A stretch of 41,167 nt of DNA from a virus (taxonomy: Duplodnaviria > Caudoviricetes): positions 1 through 41,167 of IMG/VR virus record IMGVR_UViG_3300032321_000307; one strand, written 5' to 3'. Made by a program: the position numbers and the translations under genes. How positions within the stretch are numbered: the stretch's first letter is position 1; every line of letters starts with the position of its first letter. Under the pieces are notes generated by a model that saw only the letters and a program-made list of their open reading frames with translations, was not told where the DNA came from and made no database searches. Below are positions 8,608 through 19,332 of this stretch, in pieces.

Positions 8608-11600
8608 TGGCTACATACAGTATTCAAGGACCAGATGGTAAAACCTACACCATAGATGGACCAGATGGCGCTTCAAAAGAAGAAGTTGTCGCAGCCATAC
8701 AACGTAAATCTATAGAAGCTTCTACACCTCGTGATTACACATTAGGTGAAATTGTAGGTAAAGGTTTTACTCGCGGTGCTAAACAAATCGGTTCTGCAAT
8801 AGGCGATGTATTACCTGCTATGGGGGCTAGTGCGCTTGGTTTTGATGAATATGCCAAACGTCAAATGGCAGAAGCTGCGGCTACTCAAGAAGAAATTGCT
8901 CGTAAATACGCTCCCCAATATGGATCTACCAAAGACATACAGGGTGTAGGTGATGCTCTTAAATATGCATTAGAAGCTGTTTCAGAACAAGGTCCTAACA
9001 TTGCTACATCCCTTATTCCTGGTGTTGCTGGTGCTGGTGTAGCGGGTGCTTTAGCTAGACGTGGTGTTGTTGGCGCTGCTGAAACAGCTGCTAAAGAAGT
9101 AGGGGAAGCTGCATTAACTGCAGGAGCTAAGCAAGCTTTATTAAAAGAATCTGCTGCTGATATTGCTAAAAAGCAAGCTATGGGTATGAATCTTGGTGTT
9201 TATCTTGGTTCATTCTCTCAAAACACTCCTGAAGTATTCCAAAATATTTATAACCAAACTGGTGAATTAGCTCCCGGTGCGGCGCTCCTTGCAGGCTCAG
9301 TAAGTTCTGCGCTTGATTCTGCTCTACCTGCTTTTATACTTAAAAAGATTACTGGTCCTGCTAAGGTTGGACTAATAGAAAAAATACTTGAAGACTCAGG
9401 TATGCAAAAAGGTATTATCCGTAAGGCTGTATCAGCGCTTCCTGAAGCTGCGGCTATGGAAGGATTAACTGAAGGTACTCAAGAAGCCATCAGTATGGCA
9501 GCAGAACAATTCATATCTCAGAATAAAGACGTATTTAACTCAGAGGGTTGGAATCGTATTATTGAGAGTGCGATTAAAGGTGCGGTTGTAGGCGGAGTAT
9601 TTGGTGGTGCATCAGGTGCTATTGAAGGAGCTAAAGAGAAATTCACTAAGCCTATTATGCCTAGTACCCAAGAGCCGACACCTGGTACTGAACCTACTCC
9701 AACTGATTTACCTCCTATTACCCCGTTATCGCCTAGTGATGTCACTATTAACAAAGCCCTCTTCGTTGACGAAGATCTCATAAATACACTTGGTTTACCT
9801 AAAAACGCTGGTATAGTTAAACGTATTAAAGACCTCGAAATTAACGAAGATAATGCCACAGTTATTAAAGCTGAACTTAGTAAGTATCAAGGTGATGACG
9901 TAGTAAAAGAAAATATAAACAAATTATTTGATAGACCAGAATTTCAAGGAGTTCAAATTGGACAACAACCTAGAGGAACTACTGCCACAGGACTTGGAGA
10001 TGATATTTCAGTATCTAATGGATCCACTAAGAAGGCCCCTGCCGGTAAGGTTGCAGACGTTGACGGAGCTGGAGTTACTGGGGCTGGAATTGATGCTACA
10101 GAACTTAATGCAAGAGTTGAGGGAAGCGAAGCAGCTGAAACAAATACACTAACTAAGTCAGCACTAGATCTACTTAAATCCGTAGCAGACGGTGGCGTGC
10201 CTGCGATGATGACTAACAACCTACGTAAAATTGCGATAGATAATGGCATTAAAGACATCACACCTGCATGGACACCTAACCAAGTTATTGAAGCACTACA
10301 AACTAAATTAGACGCAGCACCTGCCGCACCAACAATTAAAATCAATAAAGCTCCTGAAGTTCTTAAACAAGAACCTGAACTAACCCCAGAAGAAATCACT
10401 GCGGCAAACGCGCCTAAAAAACAAACTAAATATGACTACTCAGGTATAACTCCGTTATTAAATCAAGCTCTTAAAGAAGGTATTATCTCAAATGAGAACT
10501 TTCAACAAGCTCAAAAGATGATGGAGAATGATACATTTAGTCCTCTTGAGATTGCTGCACAACTAGAGAATGCACAAAAACAACGAGAAGCTGGTGTAAC
10601 GGGTACAGGTAAAAAAGTATTACCTCCTGAACAACAAAAAGTAGCTAATGCTTGGAATAACTTTAGTAAGCGAGTTAAGTTTGACGAATTAGTTGACCAA
10701 GATCAAGCTGTAATTACAGACGCGTTTAACAATGGAAAACTTGATAGAGACTTAGTAGACGAAATTATTCAAGATAGTGGATACTATGACTACTCTAAAA
10801 AAGATGCTGCTAAAGATATGAGTATTGTTAATACTATGGAAGAGCATGTAGATATTCACGATGCAGTTAAAGGTTCAAAAACATTAGGCCAAGCATTAAA
10901 AAACGTTTTAGATAAGCATCCTAATATGTTATTACCTGCACAATCGAAGTTAATCAATCGATTACTCAATGTTAGAAAAGCAGTTAATGCTAAGTTTAAT
11001 CATAACCCAACTAAGTCTTCGCCTCTAACTACAGATGATAGAGTAGCAGTAGGTCACTATACTCAAAACGCTCACGAAGTTACTCTATGGCAAGAGGGTG
11101 GACTAAAAACACTACTCCATGAAGCAGTGCATGCAGCTGCAATAACAGAGATGTATAACCATATTGTTAAATCAGCTAAACGTAGTGGCAATAACTATAT
11201 TAAAGATGCTAGAGGTAGATTGATATGGGAGCATAAGGTTAAAAATAATAGCCCTATTGGTAAACAACTTTTTGCTATATTTAACGCAGCGAAAGAAGCA
11301 GCAGCAAAAGAAAAAAGAGAATACTACGGACTCACTAATATAGATGAGTTTATTGCTGAGACATTCTCAGATCCTATGTTCCAACTATTCTTAACAAGAC
11401 AGCCAAGTGTTTCTAATAAACCAGGCTCTAACTTATTACAAGACTTCTTAAATGCAATTAGAGAGATGTTAGGTGTACCTCCAAATCAAAAAACTATGTT
11501 TGATGACGTTGTTAATTTATCACCAACTTTATTTAAAGGTAAGCAAAATGTATTAGATAAAGCGATAGATGCATTGTCAGGTACAGAATATAACATGGTA

Positions 11601-14423
11601 TATAAAGGCGGTGTTGATCCAACTGGCGCTAGAAATATACTTAGTTCTATTGGTCAAACAGTTAAAGATTTGCCTGCATATAACTCAACCATTGCTAAAG
11701 AAGTACGTAATGCAACCTCTCTACTACCAGATAATATGAAAGCATTAGCTTTATCCTTCATGTCATTACCTCAAAAAGTAGAGTTATTTGCGGATAGATT
11801 ACCTGTATTAAAAGACATGCTTAAAATACTTGAATTGCGTGGGGCTAGAGTTGAAGAGCTTCATAAAGAAGTAGAAAACATGACGTTTAACGGTATTGAG
11901 ACAATTAAGAAATTTAGTCCTGAAGTTGTTGCTAAGTTTAATAAGATTGGTTCAGAGTTATCTGCTAGAAAAATTGATCCTAGATTAACTGAGTCACAAC
12001 AAACTAATTGGGACGAACAACTTATTAGAGCTTGGAAAAACTTACCAGAAGAATTAACAAGCGATAAAATTATAGGTGAAAAAACAGTTTCAAGAATAGT
12101 TGATGGCGTTGAAGTTAAAGTTAAACTACCTGTACGTAAAGGTTTAGCATACCAAATAGCAGATAGGTATGAAGAGTATCGTCACCAAATTATAGATAAC
12201 GTTGAAAGAGTTGCTGGTGGTAATATGGCGGCTGATCTTCGTAAACGCTTTGAGAAAAACAAAATATCATTCTACTTACCATTAAGACGTAAAGGTAACT
12301 ATCGTTTAGCTTATTTTGATAAGTTTGGTAAAGAAAGAACTATTGAACATTTTGAAACCCCTGCTGAATTAGAAAGGGCAAAAGAAAAAGCTCTTAAAGC
12401 TGGAGCTACTAAAGTTGAATCCTCATTAATAACTAGACAAGTTAATTATAAAGAAACACCACCATTAGGTTTTGTTAAAGAAATTATTGATACATTAGAT
12501 AAGAGCATTGAAGCATCACCAGAAAAAGATGATCTTATTAACGAAATATATAAAATGTATCTAAATTTATTTCCTGATGATTCTATTCGCCAACAAATGC
12601 AAGAACGTCAAGGTATCCCAGGTTATATTGAAGATATTGTAGGTGGCTTTGCTGATACTGGATCACGTCTATCTTTACAACTATCTAACTTAGAATATAA
12701 ACCTCAACTTGATGCTGCATTTAAAACATTAGATGAACAACAAAGAGAATTTATTAACGGTAATCCAGACAAAAACATACCTCCACATGATGACTTAAAA
12801 GAAAATGCCATGGTGTCTCAAGTAGTACAGGATATGAATGGACAAAGAAAGTTTATTGAAAACCCTGTAGCTGATTCGATATCTGCTCAATTAAGTTGGG
12901 TAAGTTATATTTGGAACATTGCAGGTAATGTATCTTCAGCTATTATCAACTTAACACAGGTTCCTATGGTAGTTATGCCAATGTTAGGTGGGGAATATAC
13001 ATGGAATGAAGCTTATGATGCATTAAGCACTGCCTATAAAATGTATTTCAAAGGTGGTTTATTCAATGATAATAATAGAAACTTCTTACCTGATCATACC
13101 TTTGGCGCTAACTTAAAACCAGGTGATAAACACTATAAACTCTATCATGCTGCGCTAGGTCGTTCTACTATACGTCGTGGTATTGGTTACGAACTTAATG
13201 AGTTAAGACAAAAATCAGCGGAAGATTTTACCGGAACTAAAGCTAAGATTTATACTAGCCTAGGTTGGATATTCCAAAACTCTGAACGTATGAATAGAGA
13301 AGTAACTCTGATTGCTGCTTATGATTTAGAAATGGCTAGGTTAGCTAAGAAAGGTATTACAGGTGAGAAAGCTGTAGATGCTGCGATTGAAAAAGCTATT
13401 GAAACAACTACCCGTGCACACTCTCATGCATTATCAGAAGCTGGTCCTAAGATGTTCCAAAACGGTATAGGTAAGGTAGCATTTACTTTTAAACGTTTTG
13501 CCCAAGCACAGATTTATAATATGGCTAGATTATTCTATGTAGCTACACGAAATATGCCAACTAAAGAACGTGAAATTGCACGTAAACAATTTTTAGGTAT
13601 TTTGGGTATGACGTATGTATTCTCAGGTCTACAAGGCTTACCAGTTTATGGTGCGCTTAATATGTTATCTTCAGCTATCGCAGGTATGTTTGGTGATGAC
13701 GATGAACCATATGACTTTGACGAAGAAGTCCGTGAGATTTTTGGTGACATTGGATACAAAGGCCCACTCAATAAACTTTTAAATATTGATATAGCAGCAA
13801 GAACAGGTTTCAATGGCATGGTATTCCACGACGATCCACGTCGTTTAGCTGAGGTTGGATTTGGTCCATACTTTATAGAACACTTCTTTGGTCCTGCATA
13901 TCAAACATTAGCAGTTAATCCTACCCGTGCAGCTAAATTATGGGATGAAGGCCAGACTGAAAGAGCAATTGAAACCTTGATGCCATCGGCACTTAAAAAC
14001 ATGATGAAAGGTTTTAGATTTGCAACTGAAGGTGCAACTACAACTAATGGTGTTAAAATAATTGATGATCCTAATGCACTTAATAATCTATTACAGATAT
14101 TTGGTTTTACTAATGCAGATTTGTCAGAAGCTTATACTCGTGCAAGTTCATTAAAAAAATATGAAAAGCATATATTAAATCGTAGAACTCATTTATTAGA
14201 TACGTATTATCTAGCTAAATCAAACGGTGATACAGAAATGATGAATAAAATTAGAGATGACATGCGTACCTATAGTTCTAAAGTACCAGTAGGCATAAAA
14301 ATTACTGAAGATACTATTTCAAGATCTGTTAGAGGTCACAAAGAAAGAGAAAAACAAGCTAAAGATGGCGTTGTTATTAGTAAGAAACTAAAGAATCAAG
14401 CCGTGGAAGAAGCGGGAGCTTAG
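8607..14423 (+). CDS. Large internal virion (polyvalent-type) protein with a zincin-like HExxH domain
   Basis: 1938 aa; N-terminal 'GPDGKTY.I.GP', Ala/Gly helices, 'TLLHEAVHAA ... NIDEFIAE.FSDP.FQ..L', helical C-terminal region. Confidence 0.7.
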   Translation: MATYSIQGPDGKTYTIDGPDGASKEEVVAAIQRKSIEASTPRDYTLGEIVGKGFTRGAKQIGSAIGDVLPAMGASALGFDEYAKRQMAEAAATQEEIARKYAPQYGSTKDIQGVGDALKYALEAVSEQGPNIATSLIPGVAGAGVAGALARRGVVGAAETAAKEVGEAALTAGAKQALLKESAADIAKKQAMGMNLGVYLGSFSQNTPEVFQNIYNQTGELAPGAALLAGSVSSALDSALPAFILKKITGPAKVGLIEKILEDSGMQKGIIRKAVSALPEAAAMEGLTEGTQEAISMAAEQFISQNKDVFNSEGWNRIIESAIKGAVVGGVFGGASGAIEGAKEKFTKPIMPSTQEPTPGTEPTPTDLPPITPLSPSDVTINKALFVDEDLINTLGLPKNAGIVKRIKDLEINEDNATVIKAELSKYQGDDVVKENINKLFDRPEFQGVQIGQQPRGTTATGLGDDISVSNGSTKKAPAGKVADVDGAGVTGAGIDATELNARVEGSEAAETNTLTKSALDLLKSVADGGVPAMMTNNLRKIAIDNGIKDITPAWTPNQVIEALQTKLDAAPAAPTIKINKAPEVLKQEPELTPEEITAANAPKKQTKYDYSGITPLLNQALKEGIISNENFQQAQKMMENDTFSPLEIAAQLENAQKQREAGVTGTGKKVLPPEQQKVANAWNNFSKRVKFDELVDQDQAVITDAFNNGKLDRDLVDEIIQDSGYYDYSKKDAAKDMSIVNTMEEHVDIHDAVKGSKTLGQALKNVLDKHPNMLLPAQSKLINRLLNVRKAVNAKFNHNPTKSSPLTTDDRVAVGHYTQNAHEVTLWQEGGLKTLLHEAVHAAAITEMYNHIVKSAKRSGNNYIKDARGRLIWEHKVKNNSPIGKQLFAIFNAAKEAAAKEKREYYGLTNIDEFIAETFSDPMFQLFLTRQPSVSNKPGSNLLQDFLNAIREMLGVPPNQKTMFDDVVNLSPTLFKGKQNVLDKAIDALSGTEYNMVYKGGVDPTGARNILSSIGQTVKDLPAYNSTIAKEVRNATSLLPDNMKALALSFMSLPQKVELFADRLPVLKDMLKILELRGARVEELHKEVENMTFNGIETIKKFSPEVVAKFNKIGSELSARKIDPRLTESQQTNWDEQLIRAWKNLPEELTSDKIIGEKTVSRIVDGVEVKVKLPVRKGLAYQIADRYEEYRHQIIDNVERVAGGNMAADLRKRFEKNKISFYLPLRRKGNYRLAYFDKFGKERTIEHFETPAELERAKEKALKAGATKVESSLITRQVNYKETPPLGFVKEIIDTLDKSIEASPEKDDLINEIYKMYLNLFPDDSIRQQMQERQGIPGYIEDIVGGFADTGSRLSLQLSNLEYKPQLDAAFKTLDEQQREFINGNPDKNIPPHDDLKENAMVSQVVQDMNGQRKFIENPVADSISAQLSWVSYIWNIAGNVSSAIINLTQVPMVVMPMLGGEYTWNEAYDALSTAYKMYFKGGLFNDNNRNFLPDHTFGANLKPGDKHYKLYHAALGRSTIRRGIGYELNELRQKSAEDFTGTKAKIYTSLGWIFQNSERMNREVTLIAAYDLEMARLAKKGITGEKAVDAAIEKAIETTTRAHSHALSEAGPKMFQNGIGKVAFTFKRFAQAQIYNMARLFYVATRNMPTKEREIARKQFLGILGMTYVFSGLQGLPVYGALNMLSSAIAGMFGDDDEPYDFDEEVREIFGDIGYKGPLNKLLNIDIAARTGFNGMVFHDDPRRLAEVGFGPYFIEHFFGPAYQTLAVNPTRAAKLWDEGQTERAIETLMPSALKNMMKGFRFATEGATTTNGVKIIDDPNALNNLLQIFGFTNADLSEAYTRASSLKKYEKHILNRRTHLLDTYYLAKSNGDTEMMNKIRDDMRTYSSKVPVGIKITEDTISRSVRGHKEREKQAKDGVVISKKLKNQAVEEAGA

Positions 14424-14636
14424 TTACTTAATTCGCCAAGCTCTCACCCCGAGACATCCATCTTTCTGCGTTACAAAAGATCTAACAATAACTCCTGCAC
14501 GTTTAGCCCCACAATCTAAAGCATAGATCATAGGTGAAGGCTTCAGCGTAGGGATAAAAAAACTATCCCCCACCAACATCGATTCGAATGGAAATAACCA
14601 TTCAGGTTCTTTTTGATTATCCAATTTTAATATCAT
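14424..14636 (-). CDS. Small conserved phage protein (PF..M.VGDSFF family)
   Basis: 'FPFESMLVGDSFFIP...GVRAWR' motif; overlaps the end of the primase gene. Confidence 0.65.
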   Translation of the reverse strand: MILKLDNQKEPEWLFPFESMLVGDSFFIPTLKPSPMIYALDCGAKRAGVIVRSFVTQKDGCLGVRAWRIK

Positions 14637-17469
14637 CAGGTAATGTAGTTAAGTCAATACGATAAACACGTGTTGCGGCTTTGCTTACATCTTTCCAACT
14701 TGCATACATGCGTTTAGTTATATCTCTACCTGCTTCAACTTTAATACCTAGTGCATTAATTTGGAATAAGAACTCTTTAGTGCTAATAAGCATTTCGTTG
14801 AGATACTTATCAAACTCTGTTTTAGATATCCACATTGTATTAATATCATTTTCAACACGAATAGAGAATGCAGTTCTAGGTTCCATAACCATCTTATTAT
14901 CTTTGAATGCTAAAATGCCTGTATGGTTCTTATTCACGTAGTCTGACAAGATTGATTCATAGTTAATGCTATTGACTTTAACTACGTTATCACGGATTGC
15001 AATCATCTCACCAACGATGCGAGCATAAACTCTTTCAAGATCAAACTCTGTAATACCAGCTTTATTTGCTATTTCACCTGCAGTCATACTAGCTGCTACG
15101 ATGTTCTCATAGAAACGATATGCTGTGTCTTGTCCAAAATCTTTCTCAAATCTTAAACACCACTTAATAATATTTCTACTAACTTCTTCTTCACCTTCAC
15201 GGTAAACTGCTTTGATAAATTCAGGACCAGCCCAACCATAGTTAAATCTAAAACTATCAAATATGTCACGACCTGCCGATGCATCATCTTTAAACACTGC
15301 TGGTTTTCTAATTGATAACTCAATCAATCGAGCTACCTCACCATTAGGGTCTTTCTTCAATGTAGATAACCTGTCATATAAAGAATGATTAGAAGTAAAT
15401 ATAGCTATCAAGGATGCTGACATCTCATGGTCTCGTTCTGCATTCACTGAAGCTTGCATACGGATCTTTGATTTACCTTGTGATATTTTGTGCAACAACT
15501 GTGATAATGTTTTAGGTAACATATTACCTACTTCGTCTAGACCAAATGGAATATTATGTAAACCTAAGTAACGACCTGTCATACCATTTTCTGTTGCATC
15601 TAGAATAGATAAGTCTTTAGGATTACCCCATACGCTAAGAGCACTATACAACGCACCTGTCTTAGCCGCACCGGATTCACCTGTTAAACACATAGTCACA
15701 CCTGATGTAGATGTGTAGTCCATAAGCACTGAACCCATACCTGCCAACATAGTAAAAGCATGAAGCTCTAAACTAGGTGTATTTAATTTATTCGCCGCTA
15801 TTTTCCAATCGCCATACGTACCAGCTGTAGCTAAGTGTTTAGCTATGCCTCGGCATAAAGGTGATGTTGGAGATGATACTGCATTGCCATCTCGTGTATA
15901 TTCGCTTGCACCGATCACAAATGATTCTCTGTTAGGAGTCCACCCCATTTGCATTCTCATTACTTCTGCTGAACCTTTATTCATTAGATATTGCCCCCAT
16001 TTAATTATGTATCCCATCAAATATCCTACCTCCTTACTGCCAGGATTAGATAACACACCCATACTTGCCATAATCTCTTTAAACTTTTCCATCGCATACA
16101 CGTGTTTTAAAGGCAAAAGAAATTCGCGTTCAGGGTCGTTAGGTAACATGGCTTTCATTAATAAACATTCACCATCAGACACACTAAAGATTCGTTTAGT
16201 AGGATATATATCATACGTCGAAACAATAATGGGTTGTCTGGGAATTGGATTTTTATTTTCATCTAGTTCTTCAGGCATCATAAAATAAATGCCTCCGTTC
16301 TTACCATACACATAGGGCTGTAATTCTTGTGGTAGCCCATTTAATCTTGTTGATACTTTAAAAGGGTCAACCGTAGACATCTGCGCTTGCGGAATATATT
16401 CTATGATAGTCTCAACAACCGATTCAGATAATTGTAATTCATTACTAATACCTAGTGGATTAGCTGGTCTAATTACCCCTTTAAACTTACATCCATCACA
16501 TCCGCCTGGATTAATTGAGTTAAACGTATCACAGCTATATGGACTTAGTTTAACTCCTTTAGGATAAGCTTTCTCAATTGTAGCTTTAACACTATATTCA
16601 GGATGATCTTCTGACATCAAATGAATCGCAGTGTCTGCATCAGAACAACTTACCGCAATAGATAAACCTGCTCTCCATACTGGCTCAGTTAAGTTCTTAG
16701 CATTCTCTAAGATAAACTTAATTTGATTACATCCTTCACCCTGTATACTCTTGATAGCTATGTCTGAAAACTTAGACTCATAGTTATCTAACTTCAACAT
16801 CTTCTTTTGATCTTCACTAAGACCACGAGGTATGTTAGCTAATACATCTTCGTTAGCTTGTATAACTTCACCTAAGAAATCTTTAAACTGATCAAAACTA
16901 TAAATAGGTATATCTTCGTCCAACATTTTTGTAGGACTTGGAGGATCAGTCTTTTGATTAAATGTATTAGGGCATCGTAGGATACGAGCCAAATCTGCTG
17001 TTACAACAGGATCTATATTTAGTCCATGTTTCAAACAAAAATCTTTAAACTTCTCTGCGTAAGGTTTCCACTCTGCTGCAGGTACATCATGATCAAATAT
17101 CCAGTATGCGTGAACACCACCACCTGAATCAATCCTCACTGGAGGAGGCAATTCATTATCTTGTACAAACTTTGATAACGCATTTAATGCAGTATCTTTA
17201 GACTCATAACCTTTACCTTCGCCTACATCTAAATCAACAAAGAAAGATCTAACATACTCAGCTTCATCAGCTTTTCTGCTATACCCCTTGAATGAACTTA
17301 GTGCTACGAAAATATTAGTCTTAGCATCTTTTTTAGATTCTACGAAGTCTTCTAACTCATCTATAGACTCTACAAATTTATGTTTAGTTATCTTAGTTTG
17401 TGGGTCAATTGTAGCTACACAATATACCCCGGTAGATGGCAATGCTTTTTTATAAAATTCTGTTCTCAT
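14617..17469 (-). CDS. DNA primase-helicase (AEP/RepB-like primase, Cys-rich linker, DUF927 helicase)
   Basis: 'FFVDLD', 'SGGGVHAYW', 'ARILRCPNTFNQK'; Walker A 'GESGAAKT', Walker B 'GLDE'. Start placed at the ATG at 17469. Confidence 0.85.
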   Translation of the reverse strand: MRTEFYKKALPSTGVYCVATIDPQTKITKHKFVESIDELEDFVESKKDAKTNIFVALSSFKGYSRKADEAEYVRSFFVDLDVGEGKGYESKDTALNALSKFVQDNELPPPVRIDSGGGVHAYWIFDHDVPAAEWKPYAEKFKDFCLKHGLNIDPVVTADLARILRCPNTFNQKTDPPSPTKMLDEDIPIYSFDQFKDFLGEVIQANEDVLANIPRGLSEDQKKMLKLDNYESKFSDIAIKSIQGEGCNQIKFILENAKNLTEPVWRAGLSIAVSCSDADTAIHLMSEDHPEYSVKATIEKAYPKGVKLSPYSCDTFNSINPGGCDGCKFKGVIRPANPLGISNELQLSESVVETIIEYIPQAQMSTVDPFKVSTRLNGLPQELQPYVYGKNGGIYFMMPEELDENKNPIPRQPIIVSTYDIYPTKRIFSVSDGECLLMKAMLPNDPEREFLLPLKHVYAMEKFKEIMASMGVLSNPGSKEVGYLMGYIIKWGQYLMNKGSAEVMRMQMGWTPNRESFVIGASEYTRDGNAVSSPTSPLCRGIAKHLATAGTYGDWKIAANKLNTPSLELHAFTMLAGMGSVLMDYTSTSGVTMCLTGESGAAKTGALYSALSVWGNPKDLSILDATENGMTGRYLGLHNIPFGLDEVGNMLPKTLSQLLHKISQGKSKIRMQASVNAERDHEMSASLIAIFTSNHSLYDRLSTLKKDPNGEVARLIELSIRKPAVFKDDASAGRDIFDSFRFNYGWAGPEFIKAVYREGEEEVSRNIIKWCLRFEKDFGQDTAYRFYENIVAASMTAGEIANKAGITEFDLERVYARIVGEMIAIRDNVVKVNSINYESILSDYVNKNHTGILAFKDNKMVMEPRTAFSIRVENDINTMWISKTEFDKYLNEMLISTKEFLFQINALGIKVEAGRDITKRMYASWKDVSKAATRVYRIDLTTLPDDIKIG

Positions 17470-17567
17470 ATTGCATTCGCTTTCTATTTTTTTAGACAAC
17501 ACTACCCCGCCACAATAAATTGTGTTTTTTGAAATTTACTACGGGGTATTCCTATTCTACTACTTTT

Positions 17568-17879
17568 TTATACTTTGTCGATACGTACCGCACTTAAATA
17601 TTCTTTAGCAAAATTAATATCAGGTGCAGGTAATATACCTTTATCTAACGCGAAGTTTACATGTTCAATAAACTTTGCTATCCGTTGATAATTTTTATCT
17701 CTAACGTATTGACCTCTGAACCAACTATGTATAGACATGCGAGATACATTGAATGCTTCTGCAACGTATGTCGTAGGAAGATTTGCTTTTACACAAACCT
17801 TTCCTAGTTGAACGCCTATCCTTGTCGGGTCAGCTCTATTTAAACCTAACTTAAACTCTTCACTATATGGTCTTGCCAT
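17568..17879 (-). CDS. Cro/XRE-like helix-turn-helix protein
   Basis: 'TTYVAEAFNVSRMSIHSWFRG' HTH pattern; AGGAG RBS. Confidence 0.7.
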   Translation of the reverse strand: MARPYSEEFKLGLNRADPTRIGVQLGKVCVKANLPTTYVAEAFNVSRMSIHSWFRGQYVRDKNYQRIAKFIEHVNFALDKGILPAPDINFAKEYLSAVRIDKV

Positions 17880-17889
17880 ACTATTCTCC

Positions 17890-18756
17890 TTATGACTTCG
17901 CGCCCCACTTATTAATAATGCTACTTACATCATTAACTTTAGTGGGTTGTGGTTGTGGAGAAGACTCTCTTAACACAGGTTCAGCTACTGCTTCAGATAC
18001 TTGTTCAGCAGGTTGTGCCGTTGGTGTGCTAAGTGTAGGTTGTAAAACATGAACCTCTTCTTCAGGAGCTTGATATACACGTAACTCGATGTAACTCTTA
18101 GCTTCTTCAGTTTGGCCAAGTTCTCTTAACTGATCTTGCATTTGTGGTGGCACTGCGCCATTAGGTTTAAATAAAACTCTAGGGTGTTGTACCGCTGTAT
18201 CAAATTGCATCTTAGTGACTACCACTTCATTGTTAATACCAGCTGCTGCTAAGAATTGCATGTATGGTCTGAATGGACGCTTATCTTCAACGCCTTCACC
18301 AAAGCAAGACTTAGATGGTAATGTCAACTGAATAAGTTCTGTTGGATTACTTGGTAATGCAATCGCAGTTCTCCATGCTAACTTACATGACGGTTGTGCG
18401 CCTCTGATACTATGAGGACATTGATCACACTTAGGTGCTTGTGGATTCTTTACATCTTTATCAGGCGTTCTAGAATCACTTGACCAACATAAAATTTTTG
18501 ATTTCTTTGTAGGGTCATAGCTACCATCATAAAAAGTTCTTGAAGCATTAGGAGCCATACGAACAAAAATAACATCCATACTACGTTCATCAACTTTAGC
18601 TACTTCTTTACCATTAACCATCTTACGAAATACACCGCCTTCGATAGACAACCTTTTATTATTGGATCTACCTGCAACGGCCAACATGTCTGAGTTAAGT
18701 CCTTGTGGGGACGCTAATGACATTTGTTGTAACTGTGCTATTAAATCTGTACTCAT
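17890..18756 (-). CDS. Probable ssDNA-binding/recombination protein
   Basis: 'RLSIEGGVFR', 'CWSSD..PD', CxxCP..C, low-complexity tail ending in W; position in the replication module. Start at MSTDL with AGGAG RBS. Confidence 0.55.
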   Translation of the reverse strand: MSTDLIAQLQQMSLASPQGLNSDMLAVAGRSNNKRLSIEGGVFRKMVNGKEVAKVDERSMDVIFVRMAPNASRTFYDGSYDPTKKSKILCWSSDSRTPDKDVKNPQAPKCDQCPHSIRGAQPSCKLAWRTAIALPSNPTELIQLTLPSKSCFGEGVEDKRPFRPYMQFLAAAGINNEVVVTKMQFDTAVQHPRVLFKPNGAVPPQMQDQLRELGQTEEAKSYIELRVYQAPEEEVHVLQPTLSTPTAQPAEQVSEAVAEPVLRESSPQPQPTKVNDVSSIINKWGAKS

Positions 18757-18769
18757 AACTTTCTCCTTA

Positions 18770-19186
18770 TTAAGATGCTCTTCTAACTGTTGCTCTATAT
18801 TCTCTAATTGAACTAATGCCTGGAGGCAATCCTTCACCTTCGTGGTTAGTCATAAACTCTTTAAAATTACTTTGATGAAGCTTTTGCGATAGTAATTCTA
18901 ATGCACCTTCTTGCAAAACAAATTGTTTAAATTCGTCCCAATTACCACAAGTATAATTTTCTTTTATGGTTCTTGTAACAGTGCCCACACTAGTACGAAC
19001 ACTATCAGCACCTACCTTATCGCATTCATCAAGTAAAACAATTTCAATTTGCTTTAACTCTTCTTCTAACTGACCACTTTTTAATTGATACTCGGTGTAC
19101 AGTTTACTCTTTGCATCCCTTATAGTCAAATATACTTTTACTAATTCGTCGAGCTTAGGGTTTTCATGTAATTGTTCTTCACTCAT
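18770..19186 (-). CDS. Conserved replication-module coiled-coil protein
   Basis: 'LVKVYLTIRD...SVRTSVGTV...W.EF..F...LPPGI'; AGGAG RBS. Confidence 0.6.
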   Translation of the reverse strand: MSEEQLHENPKLDELVKVYLTIRDAKSKLYTEYQLKSGQLEEELKQIEIVLLDECDKVGADSVRTSVGTVTRTIKENYTCGNWDEFKQFVLQEGALELLSQKLHQSNFKEFMTNHEGEGLPPGISSIREYRATVRRAS

Positions 19187-19332
19187 TTCTTAAATCTCCT
19201 TCGTTGGTTTTCTAATTGATCTAACTCGTATAACACTTCAAATAATATAATTACTATAAATCCTATCCACCACTTATATGAAGCATGAAAGTTATATAGC
19301 AAAAACGCTGCCATAAAATTATTTAATATCAC
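19183..19332 (-). CDS. Small membrane protein, 49 aa (not in the ORF track)
   Basis: MILNNFMAAFLLYNFHASYKWWIGFIVIILFEVLYELDQLENQRRRFKK; GTGA/ATGA overlaps with both neighbours fill the gap exactly. Confidence 0.6.
   Translation of the reverse strand: MILNNFMAAFLLYNFHASYKWWIGFIVIILFEVLYELDQLENQRRRFKK

Noticed and set aside
545-16288. Alternate-frame and antisense ORFs inside long genes (e.g. 545-739, 1209-1496, 9953-10399, 15845-16288), including a possible nested spanin at 545-739
   Set aside because: Shadow ORFs with no RBS or motifs; 545-739 has no signal peptide or lipobox.
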